A DNA stretch of 64,000 bases. Origin: Heterodontus francisci. Taxonomy: Eukaryota. The number at the start of each line of letters is the position of its first letter. Positions within the stretch are counted from its first letter, which is position 1. Shown one piece after another: positions 51,945-62,744 of the stretch. The position numbers and the translations under genes are program-made. The notes beneath the pieces were generated by a model, which had not been told where the DNA came from, made no database searches, and worked only from the letters and a program-made list of their open reading frames with translations. Where the stretch lies: NCBI RefSeq assembly GCF_036365525.1, contig NC_090404.1:7254001-7318000 (forward strand), given 5' to 3'.

Positions 51945-53670
51945 GTGAGTGGAGCCGGAAGACATAGTTGAGGTTTTAAATGATGACTTTTCATCTGTGT
52001 TCACCATGGAGAAGGACGATTAGGTGTAGAGATCAGGGTGGGGGATTGCGATATACTTGAACATATTAGCATTGAAAGGGAGGAAGTATTAGCTGCTTAG
52101 CGAGCTTCAAAATGGATAAATCCCCAGGCCCAGATGAGATGTATCCCAGGCTCTTATGTGAGGCAAGGGAGGAGATAGCAGGGGCTCTGACACAAATTTT
52201 CAAATTCTCTCTCGCCACAGAAGAGGTACCTGAGGACTGGAGGACAGCGAATATGGGACCATTATTCAAGAAGGGTAGCAGGGATAAACTAGGTAATTAC
52301 AGGCTCGGGAGTCTAACATCAGTGGCAGGGAAACTATTGGAAAAAATTCTGAACGACAGGATTAATCTCCACTTGGAGAGGCAGGAATAAATCAGGGATA
52401 GTAAGCAAGGCTTTGTCAAGGGGAGATCGTGTCTAACAAACTTAATTGAATTTTTCGAGGAGGTGACGAGATGTGCAGATGAGGGGAAAGCAGTTTATGT
52501 AGTCTACATGGACTTCAGTAAGGCTTTTGCTAAGGTCCCGCATGAGAGATTAGTTAAAAAGGTAAGAGCCCATTGAATCCGGGGCAATTTGAAAAATTGG
52601 ATCCAAGATTGGCTTCCTGGCAACAGGCAGAGGGTGATGGTCGAGGGTTGCTTTTACGATTGGAAGCCTGTGACCAGTGCTGTACCGCAGGCATCGGTGA
52701 TGAGACCCTTGCTGTTTGTAGTGTACGTTAATGATTTAGATGTGAATGCAGGAGGTATGATCAGTAACTTCGCAGATGACACAAAAATTGGTGGTGTCAG
52801 AAATAGTGAGAAAAGGCTTAGATTGCAGGACGATATAGATGGGCAGAGCAGTAGCAAATGGAATTTAATCCTGAGAAGTGTGAGATGATGCATTTTGGGA
52901 GGGCTGATAAGGCAAGGGAATATACAATGGATGGTAGGACCCTAGGAAATACAGGGAGTCAGAGGGATCTTGGTGTATTGTCCATAAATCACTGAAGGCA
53001 GCACCACAAGTAGATAAGATGGTTAGGAAGGCATATGTGATATTTGCCTTTATCAGCCGAGACATATAATATAAGAGCAGGGAAGTTATGATGGACCTGT
53101 ATAAAACGCTAGTTGGGCCACAGCTGGAGTACTGTGCACAGTTCTGGGCACCACACTACAGGAAGGATGTGATTGCACTGGAGAGGGTGCAGAGGAGATT
53201 CACCAGAATGTTGCCTGGGCTGGAGCACTTCAGCTATGAAGAGATACTGGATCGGATAAGTTAGTTTCCTTAGAGCAGATAAGGTTGAGGGGGGACCTGA
53301 TTGAGGCATATAAAATTATGAGGGGCATTGATAGGATAGATGGGAAGAAACTTTTTTCCCTTAGCGGAGGGGTCAATAACCAGGGGGCACAGATTAAAGG
53401 TATGAGTCATGAGGATTTGAGGGGATTTGAGGAAATAGTTTTTCACCCAGAGAATGGTTGGAATCTGGAGCACACTGCCTGAAGGGGTGGTAGAGGCAGG
53501 AACCCTCACAACTTTTACGAAGTATTTCGACGAACACTGGAAGTGCCATAGCATACAAGGCTACGGGCCAAGTGCTACAAAAAAGGATTAGAATAGATAG
53601 GTGCTTGATGGCCGGCACAGACACGATGGGCTGAAGGGCCTGCTTCTGTGCTGTATTATTCTATGACTCT
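51945..53670 (+). mobile_element. CR1 LINE ORF2 remnant
   Basis: DKSPGPDEMYPRLL, NYRLGSLTSVAGKLLE, FADDTKIGG; attctatgactcta tail. Confidence 0.92.
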
Positions 53671-54239
53671 ACATCAACAACTGGCACCTGTACTCGATCA
53701 CTGGTCTAAAGCCTAGCTACCCGACCAAACCAGAATACGTGTGTCAGGTTCGGGTCGAGTCGGGCATTTAAAAATAAATGCACTGGCCGAAGAGGTGGAA
53801 CAGTTTCGAGGTTAATCCTGTCAACATTCAGAATAACAGACTATAAAGGAACAGTGATCTCAAAGACAATCTCGTGCAGCATGTCTGCAGGGGATGTGTT
53901 GAATCAGGTTCAAAGGGATTTAATTATATATGTTTTCTATATTAGACAATCAAATTAAAATCTGGAACTGAGATGGGGATATGGATTGGTGTTAGATGGG
54001 AGGATTTGGATCAGTGTATTACTCCAGGAAGTCTTGCAATCAGAGTGAAATTATTTCCAAAATGATTCCTGTAATAACAGTAATCCCATTGCTATCTGTT
54101 GGTGTAAGACTAATTTAAGTATTTAAAGTGGAGACCACAGGCATGTTAGAGAATGATATCCAAAAGGAATTTGTGACCTGTCCAAGGAGATTAGTGAAGG
54201 GAAAGGAAGGGATGTGGAAGGCACCAGACACTGGAAGAT

Positions 54240-54466
54240 TTCATTGTTTCTATTACGGTATGTCACATCTCTGTCTATATTACACACGACATCGTCTCAG
54301 TTATTACTGCACTCGACGACGACTTTGTTTCTATTACACCAGATACTGTCTCATTTATTACTGCATTGCACAATGTGTCAATTTATACTGCACTAGATTC
54401 TGACTCAGTAATGACTAAACCGCGCCATGTATCTGTATATATTACATTAACCCTTGTCTCAGTTCT
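54240..54466 (+). repeat. 27-bp satellite array at the edge of arm B
   Basis: Same consensus; partly homologous (inverted) to 23920-24030. Confidence 0.75.
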
Positions 54467-55366
54467 GGTGGAGTAGCAGATAGTGAAGGGGACTGTCAGA
54501 GAATACAGCAGAATATCGATAGACTGGAGAGTTGGGCAGAGAAATGGCAGATGGAGTTCAATCAGGGCAAATGCGAGGTGATGCATTTTGGAAGATCCAA
54601 TTCAGGAATGAACTATGCAGTAAATGGAAAAGTCCTGGGGAAAATTGATGTACAGAGAAATTTGTGTGTTCAGGTCCATTGTTCCCTGAAGGTGGCAACG
54701 CAGGTCAATAGAGTGGTCAAGAAGGCATATGGCATGCTTTCCTTCATCGGACGGGGTATTGAGTACAAGAGTTGGCAGGTCATGTTACAGTTGTATAAGA
54801 CTTTGGTTCGGTCACATTTGGAATACTGCGTGCAGTTCTGGTCGCCACATTACCAAAAGGATGTGGATGCTTTGGAGAGGGTGCAGAGGAGGCTCACCAG
54901 GATGTTGCCTGGTATGGAGGGCGCTAGCTATGAAGAGAGGTTGAGTAGATTAGGATTATTTTCATTAGAAAGACGGAGGTTGAGGGGGGACCTGATTGAG
55001 GTGTACAAAACCATGAGAGGTATAGACAGGGTGGATAGCAAGAAGCTTTTTCCCAGAGTGGGGGATTCAATTACAAGGGAACACGAGTTCAAAGTGAAAG
55101 GGGAAAAGTTTAGGGGGGATATGCGTGGAAAGTTCTTTATGCAGAGGGTGGTGGGTGCATGGAACGCATTGCCAGTGGAGGTGGCAGACGCGGGCACGAT
55201 AGCGTCTTTTAAGATGTATCTAGACAGATACATGAATGGGCAGGAAGTAAAGAGATACAGAACCTTAGATAATAGGCGACAGGTTTAGATAGAGGATTTG
55301 GATCGGCGTAGGCTTGGAGGGCCGAAGGGCCTGTTCCTGTGCTGTAATTTTCTTTGTTCTTTGTTC
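54467..55366 (+). mobile_element. Young 5'-truncated CR1 LINE specific to arm B
   Basis: 245-aa open ORF 54551-55288; (ttctttg)n tail; empty site near 23940. Confidence 0.92.
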
Positions 55367-55419
55367 TCATTGCATTAGGCCATAGATTACTCGAGTTGAA
55401 AAATAATGCTTATGATAAA

Positions 55420-56700
55420 CTTTTACTAAACTCCAGTAGGCCTCAGCGGGAGTATTGTGTCAAGTTCTGGCTACCACATTTTCAGAAAGACATCGAGAAG
55501 TTGGAGAGGGTCTGGAAAAGATTTTCTAAAATGGTACCAGGGATGAAAGATTTCAATTACGTGGCGAGAGTGAACGAACCGAGATTGTTCCACGGAGAGC
55601 AGCGAAGATTAAAAGGAGATTTCATAGAGGCGTTCAAAATCATGAAGCATTTTGATAAAATGAATAAACTGAAAGCATTTCCAGTGACAGAAGGGTCAGT
55701 AACCGGAGGAAACAGATTCAAGGTGAACTGCAATTTAACCAAAGGCGACATATAAATGACTTGGAACTTGGAATACAGAGCAGAATCTCAAAATTTGTGG
55801 ATGACACTAAATTTGGAAGTGTGGCAAACAGAGAAGATAATGTGAACCGCCTGCAACAGGACATAGATAGACTAGCAGAGTGGGCAGACAAGTGGCAGAT
55901 GGAATTTAATACTGACAAGGGTGAGGTGATGCATTTTGGCAGAAAGAATAGGGAGAGGCAATATATACTTAATGGCGCAGTTCTAAATTGTGTGCAGGAA
56001 CAGAGTGATCTGGGGGTGCATGTGCATCGATCTTTGAAGGTGGCAGGACATATTGAGTAGTTTAGTAAAGTATATGAGATCTTGGGCTTCCTAAACAGAG
56101 ACACTGAGAAGAAAAGCAGGGAGGTTATGCTAAAAATTTATGAAGCTCTGGTTAGGCCCCAACAATAGTATTGTGTCCAGTTCTGGTCACCACACTTCAG
56201 GACGATGTGAGGTTCTTTGAGAGGGTGCAGATATATATCAGGATGGTTCCAGGAATTACGTATTTTAGTTACAAGATTAGATGGGGAAAACAGGAATTAT
56301 TCTCCTGATAACAAAGGAGATTGAGGGGAGATTTGAGAGAAATATGAAAGCTTATGACAGGCTTAGGACAGTTAGGCAAGGAAAACCTGTTCACATTAAC
56401 TGATGGCAGAAGAACTAGGGGATACAGATTGAAGGTTGTGGGCAAGAGATGCAGGGGACTATGAGAAAGAACTTTATAATGTAGCGGGTGATAATGATCT
56501 GGGACTCGCTGCCCACCAGGGTGGTAGAAGTGGAGACAGTAAATGACTTCAAAATGAAATTGGATAGCCACTTGAAGGAAATAGACTTTCAGGCCTGCGA
56601 GGGTCGAAAGTGGGAGTGGGACCGACTGAATAGCTCTGTGGAGAGGTGGTATGGACTCAATGGGCCGAATGGCCTCCTTTTGTGCTGTAAATGACTGTGT
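55420..56700 (+). mobile_element. CR1 LINE fragments, counterpart of 22690-23880
   Basis: ORFs 55354 and 55761 (KFVDDTKFGS, QMEFNTDK). Confidence 0.87.
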
Positions 56701-57034
56701 AGCTCAATGACTCCAGACAATATGACGGAGAAGATAAATGACAGACCAAATTGCTATGATCCGGAATGCACTGCCTGAAAGTGTGGTGGAAGCTGTTTGG
56801 TTAATAACTTTTTAAAGGGGAATTTAATAAATATTTCATATGAAAACAATAAGTAAATATCTGTTCTGGCGTAATAGCAGGGGGCAGTAGAATAATTGGA
56901 TATGTCTTTCGGAAAGCTGGTACAGTCCTGAGAGGCTGAATGACCTCCGTCTCAGCTTTATCATGCTCGGAGCGTATGATTTACTGGCTGAATCCAACAC
57001 TCTTTTTTTTTACACCTGTTGTGAATAAAAAGAC

Positions 57035-57525
57035 TAAAAGAAAACAAGTTGCATATCTATAGCGCATTTCACGACCACAGGACGTCTCAAAGGCTTTTCA
57101 GCCAATGAGCTACTTGTGAAGTCCCCTCACTGCAGTAATGTAGGAGACGCAACAGCCAATTTCCACACAAGAAAGCAGACAAATATATGAATTTGGAGCA
57201 GGAGTAGGCCACTCGGCCCCTCCACAGACACAAATGCGACAATGATAAGATAATCTCTTTTTGTGATGTGTATTGAGGGATAATATTAATCAGGGCACCG
57301 GGGATAATTTCCCAGCACTGGTTTGAAATGGTACCATGGGATATTTTCCACCTGAGAGGGCAGACAGCGCCTCGGTTTCATGTCTCATCTGAAAGTCGAT
57401 ATCTCCGACAGTGGAGCACTCCACTGGAGTGCCAGTGCAATTTTTGTGCTCGTGCCCTGGTTGAGGAGTTGAAAATAGAACCTGCTAACTCAGGGGGGAG
57501 AGTGCGAGCAACCGAACCACGGTTA
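57035..57525 (-). mobile_element. DeuSINE, duplicated counterpart of 21885-22362
   Basis: Reverse-complement homology, including the same internal CR1-tail piece. Confidence 0.75.
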
Positions 57526-59127
57526 TTGCTAATTAAAATACAGAGCAGGGAGGAATAGGTAAATGGAACTCCAGGAATTCAACAGTTCAACTTCCAATGT
57601 AGATACAGTGTTCAATCAGACAGAGTCCGGGCCTTTCAGGCATTCCCCCAGAATGTACAGTACGGACAGCAGTGCAGGAACTGACTGTGGGCACGACCTT
57701 AAATCAAGCACCAGAATATCTCTGCCATTCGGGGAATTGTACTGTATCTTTCAACCATTTAGTAGGTAACCCAGAACTTCACAATAATCCAAAGGCTATG
57801 TGGACAAAGTGGGTCATTTTCTGCATAAGAAACTTCCGTGGAATGTGAATTGTTAAACAATTGATAGATTGAGAAACATCAATCGATTGAGAGTCGTGAA
57901 AGGCTTTGGAATCATTGATACATCGAGAGTCATCAATCGGTTGCAAGTTATCGATTGTTTCAGAAAGTTGGTTGTTGTGGATCGATCAATAGATTGGAAA
58001 AAATCAATGAATTTAGGTACATCTAATGTTTGGGAAACACGATGAAGGACACAAATATTGAGAAATATCATTTGTTTTGAATATGCAACTCGGTTGACAG
58101 CACCCCCTCCCCCCAACCCCACCATAAAATAGGGAAATACCTATTAATTCAGAAATGTCTCTCTGTCTATCTGTTTCTGTTAGTTAGCGCAGAGACAGTT
58201 TGTTACTCCTGATAATGGGGAATTGAGGGGGTATGGGAATTGTGCACAAACCTGATTAATAATGCTCGATTCTGGGACACAAACTCTTATACTAGGGGGA
58301 GGGGTCAATCGGGAATCGATCAACTCAGTGCCATTCCCCTAAAAAACGTCACAAATTGCACCTCGATATTAATAATTCATTTTGCACGGCCTTGGAACAT
58401 TCGAAAAGAGTGTCAAAGTATAAAATCAGAGCACAAATGCGTGTGGAGAAATGATTACAGAATATTGACATACTGGCATGTTATTGGAGGCTTTATCTCC
58501 GGCAGCAGTTTCCTCCAACACCAAAGAAGTCTAAGACAGAAGTGCAACCAGTTGTGAAGCAGGATTCTGCATTAACCTCATGCTATAGAGCACTGGCCTT
58601 ATAATCATGGTCAATATTGTGATTGGAATCACCATATTCAGCAACGTCGCAGACGCAGCTCTGTCCAGCTGATGCACCATGTCCACTCTAACCATATGTA
58701 TCCATCTGCTCATGTTTCTTATGGTCTTTGTGATTGACAAGGGAGTCAAGTGTTAACGGAGGCAAACAGGAAAGTGGAGTTGAGGTCACAATCAGATCAG
58801 CCATGAACTTATTGAATGGAAGAGCAGGCTGGAGGCGCCGAATGGCCTAAGCCTGCCCCTATTCCTTATGCTGTTATCACATCAAACTGAGCACATCTCA
58901 CTGAAGTACTGAATTCACACGTGCAATTCGTGAAGAATTCATTCAGTACATGAATGGACTGAATGGAGAGCCTCTGGGGAGTGTGTTTAAAGGAGTTGGG
59001 GACGTTTGAATTTGTGACCACGATGTGTAATACCCACAGGATATATTTCACTGTAGCAATGATGTACAATGAATATAAGGCGGTAAATAAAGTTACAATT
59101 TATGCTCCTTCTATGTGGGACTGTGCT

Positions 59128-59392
59128 AGTCTCCTGTGTGGCGTTTGGAAAGTCTCCCTGTGATTGCGTGTGTTTTCGCCGGGTGCTCTGGTTTCCTCCC
59201 ACAGCCAAAGACTTGCAGGTTGATAGGTAAATTGGCCATTATAACTTGCCCCTAGTATACTACCTCGTGCAGGTGCTAGGGAAGGTGGGGATGTGGGAGG
59301 GTAATGGGATTAAAGGATTAGTATAAATGGGTGGTTGATGGTCGGCGTGGACTCGGTGGGCCGAAGGGCCTGTTTCAGTGCTATATCTCGAA
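59128..59392 (+). mobile_element. V-SINE (HE1-like), 5' truncated
   Basis: V-domain and 3' end as in the 3352-3692 copy; absent from the homologous site in arm A. Confidence 0.82.
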
Positions 59393-61631
59393 ATACATTT
59401 TTCAAAAATTCATGTAGGGCAGTGGAAAAATGTATCTACTCGTTTGCTACATGTCTGCTGTGGTTGAAGTAATTCGGGTGAGTGCTTTGTTGTTCGTGAA
59501 AGGACCACATGTTCAGAAATATTGCAATAGTCCTTTCTCAACCCAGTCATAGTATCCCTCTGAGACGAAAATTCGCCATCAGCAGAGAAGGAACATCTGC
59601 ACCACAGGGATACCTAAGGTTTCTCTTTGCGAATTCAGCTCGTTAATTCCGGATAACCTAGGAATTCAAAATGATCTAGAAAATCAGGAAGGACTGAAGG
59701 CGTCAGACTGATACAAATGACATAAAGGGGCCGGTTCAGGTTAGGAATAATAGATCAGAAAGATGAGACAGCATCTTCCAGGCCCATCTCTCCATCTATC
59801 CATTCATTCTCCCATCTATGAATCCATCCATCAATCAATCTGTTCATCGGTCCTTTAAACAAAACGTTCAGACCTCCAACTATCCATGCATTCCAGCATC
59901 GCTGCATCTGTCCCTCTATCCGTGCAAGTCAGTGTATTTATCTATTTCAGAAGGCATCCTCTCTCTGATGCCCTCTCTGTCTGTATACGTGTTTGTCTGT
60001 CTATCTATCTATCTGCATATCTGTTGCAATGTTATGATGTGCTGACAGATCCTCCAGTGCACTGTTGCAACTAACAGGGTGTCTAGAGTTTGGATGTATT
60101 TCATTTCCTGAGAGATGGCAACAGTTCACAGAGTTTAACAACTGATAAAAAAAATTGACTGCAGTATTGTTGCTGGGTAGATTTGTTTATGAATTGGCCT
60201 CATTCACAATGTTAACAGTTTGAAGTTGGCTTGCAGCCAAGCGGTCAGTAAAGAGGAAACAGATCTTTGATTTAATGCACAGAATATCCAGATGCTTCCT
60301 GTAAATAATATTGGGTATTCGAGGCTCCCTGACAGTAGTTAGCTGGGTTGCTGCCAAATACTGTGTGGGGCAGATTAGCGTGAATAGAATGGACAAAAAT
60401 GGAATTTAAACATTTAAACATTAACTTAATCAGCAGCGCTCTTTAAAAAAATGCATTTTACATGATATCACATCTAAAGAATGATCTTAGGTAAATGCAG
60501 TGCTCACATCACGATATAATGGGAGCTCAACATAATAAATTGACCCAAATGTCAATTAAATATGATTCTAGATAATTAAGAACATTTATTTCGTACTGCA
60601 TGAAGTCCTAGAGAGAGATTTTAATAACCCCACATTGATATAAGTGGGACTAGCATAATAAATAAATAGATAGAATTGCCTTGAATCCGCTGCATTTCCT
60701 TGACTTTTCTCACAGAGGTGCGAATACATTCAAACTAAAGACTCCTTTATTACTGATAACAGCTGCATAACGTACAGTTTACTTTCTGATGATTTCGATT
60801 GTCAAACTAGCCTTCTCGTAGCCAGGCTACTATTGGATAGAGAAATGCCCTGTTTGTGATCCGTTTCCACAGTAAATATTCTTGTGATATTCTGTAGCAT
60901 AGCGTTGAGTCTTGATAACTGCGTTTCTGATACAAAAGTATGTTGCACAGTCTGTCGCTCTTACAGTTATCTGCAATGATTTGGGTGCAGGGGGATAGAT
61001 TTGCTGATCGACCTATCGGTTCTGATTCACTAGTTCCTGTTTTTCAAAAGCTGATCTGAATTTTACATGTCACTCCTTCATTATCAGGCAAGTCAACTTA
61101 TTTTACAGGTAATTTTCAAATGGCTGGCTTAGGGTCATAGAATCAAGAGCAATTCGAGAAATACACACAGAGAGAGAAAGACTTGTGTAATGTGAAGTGT
61201 TTCTATTCACTCTGGTCTTTTGTAGTGTAACTGCAGTCATTCACGCTGCAAATCGAATCACTTCTCTAATATCCCGCATTTTCTGCATAAAATTATTTAA
61301 AAAGAAAACATTATCGGGGATACTTTATTGCTATAGATCGAAGGGTTGGATAGCAAGAGACAGAGCAACGAGCAGTCACTTTTGACGCCATTAATATAAT
61401 TCAATCTGAAGCTTTGACATCCTTAGTGTAGTCTTGACGAAATAAAAGGGTTTAATTCACAGGCCACAATGCAATTATTTATTACTGAACGCATTCTCAA
61501 CTGCAATATTTCCATTTAGTAACAAGTAACAGTTTGCATTCAAACCATACAGTCAAATACCTATCCCGAGAAAGAGATAAAACGTTCACATTTAATAATA
61601 ACCCAGTCTAATGATATGAATCCATTCTTTT

Positions 61632-61730
61632 GGTGATGTGAAAAGTGGGACGTGGATGCAGTCAAGGCCTCGGTCAGGGAATCGATAGGCGGCGCCTGGA
61701 ACCTCGCCCCCTTCTGCCGGGTATTTAAAT
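61632..61730 (+). promoter_or_regulatory. VH promoter B
   Basis: GGTGATGTGA at 61632-61641 and TATTTAAAT at 61722-61730, homologous to promoter A. Confidence 0.65.
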
Positions 61731-61820
61731 GCCATTCACTATCACTGCAATACAACAGTCCTGGAGCCAGTTTGCTCAGTGAGTTCTTGGCAGAACCATT
61801 TTCACCGAATTGCCAGAAGG

Positions 61821-61866
61821 ATGAGCTCGGCGATTTCTCTCAGTCTGTTACTGGTTTTCTTATCCC
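61821..61866 (+). pseudogene. IGHV: VH leader exon, cluster B (MSSAISLSLLLVFLS)
   Basis: ATG at 61821, 46 nt, donor GTGAGT; intact, but splices to a V exon with a stop. Confidence 0.93.
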
Positions 61867-61993
61867 GTGAGTAAGTTTTATTGTCCGTTTCTCTCACTGT
61901 TACTGTCTCAGTGTTAGTCTCTCTCTGGAATGTTACAGTGTCAGGAATTCTTTCACCAGGATTAATCCTCAGGGTTTTTGATATTATTTACAG

Positions 61994-62324
61994 GTGTCCA
62001 TTCGGATGTCGTGTTGACTCAGCCAGAGGCAGAGACCGGGAAACCTGGAGGCTCCCTGAGACTGACCTGTAAAACCAGTGGATTCAATCTTGGCAACACC
62101 CGGATGTACTGGATATGACAGGTTCCCGGGCAGGGGCTGGAGTGGTTGGTTCACTACGATGCTTCATCCAGCAATAGTTACGCCCCAGAGATTAAGGATC
62201 GATTTACTGCGTCCAAAGACACTTCAAATAATATCTTCGCTTTGGCCATGAAGAACCTGAAGACCGAAGGCACCGCCATCTATTACTGTGCAAGAAACAT
62301 TACTACATTGGGTACACTGAGTGG
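61994..62324 (+). pseudogene. IGHV: Pre-joined V-D1-D2 segment of cluster B with in-frame stop
   Basis: [47 protein letters not shown]; TGA at 62116-62118; no V RSS; D1-like TACTACATTGGGT and D2-like ACTGAGTGG fused to V. Confidence 0.94.
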
Positions 62325-62352
62325 CACAGCAGTTACTGTCAATACAAAAACT
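62325..62352 (+). promoter_or_regulatory. D2 3' 12-RSS of cluster B
   Basis: CACAGCA-GTTACTGTCAAT-ACAAAAACT, identical to the cluster A D2 3' RSS. Confidence 0.95.
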
Positions 62353-62657
62353 CCCTCAGCGCTAATTGAAGAGTCTGGGTCAGTGCTTGCTTTTACAATC
62401 CAACTATATATACAGTGAATTTCTATTTGTGTCCAGCACTGTCCTACTAGACGGTTTATTATGGATAAACTGATGAATTATTCATTCATCAGTTGGTGAT
62501 TTCAATAATTGCTGATATGTTGCTGAGTGAAATATAAAACATCAGGATAATGTACCAACAGTGAAAAGAATCATTAGCGCAGTTAGAATTTACAATTTTA
62601 ATCTGGGATGTGGATGTTTAAAATAATGAGGGCTTTATCTCCATTCTGTGCAGAGCC

Positions 62658-62696
62658 AGTTATTGTGTGACCCTGCCCAGGGAATGTAACACTGTG
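62658..62696 (+). promoter_or_regulatory. JH 23-RSS of cluster B
   Basis: AGTTATTGT - 23 nt - CACTGTG. Confidence 0.95.
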
Positions 62697-62744
62697 ACAC
62701 CATGGACTACTGGGGACAAGGGACCATGGTGACGGTGACTGCAG
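62697..62744 (+). CDS. IGHJ: JH segment, cluster B (TMDYWGQGTMVTVTA)
   Basis: WGxG motif, donor G|GTAAG. Confidence 0.96.

Noticed and set aside
62146-62418. 90-aa ORF as a functional gene
   Set aside because: It is the post-stop half of the V pseudogene reading through the RSS
61821-62744. Processed (retrotransposed) Ig pseudogene
   Set aside because: Leader intron, promoter, D-J spacer, RSS and J-C intron are all retained
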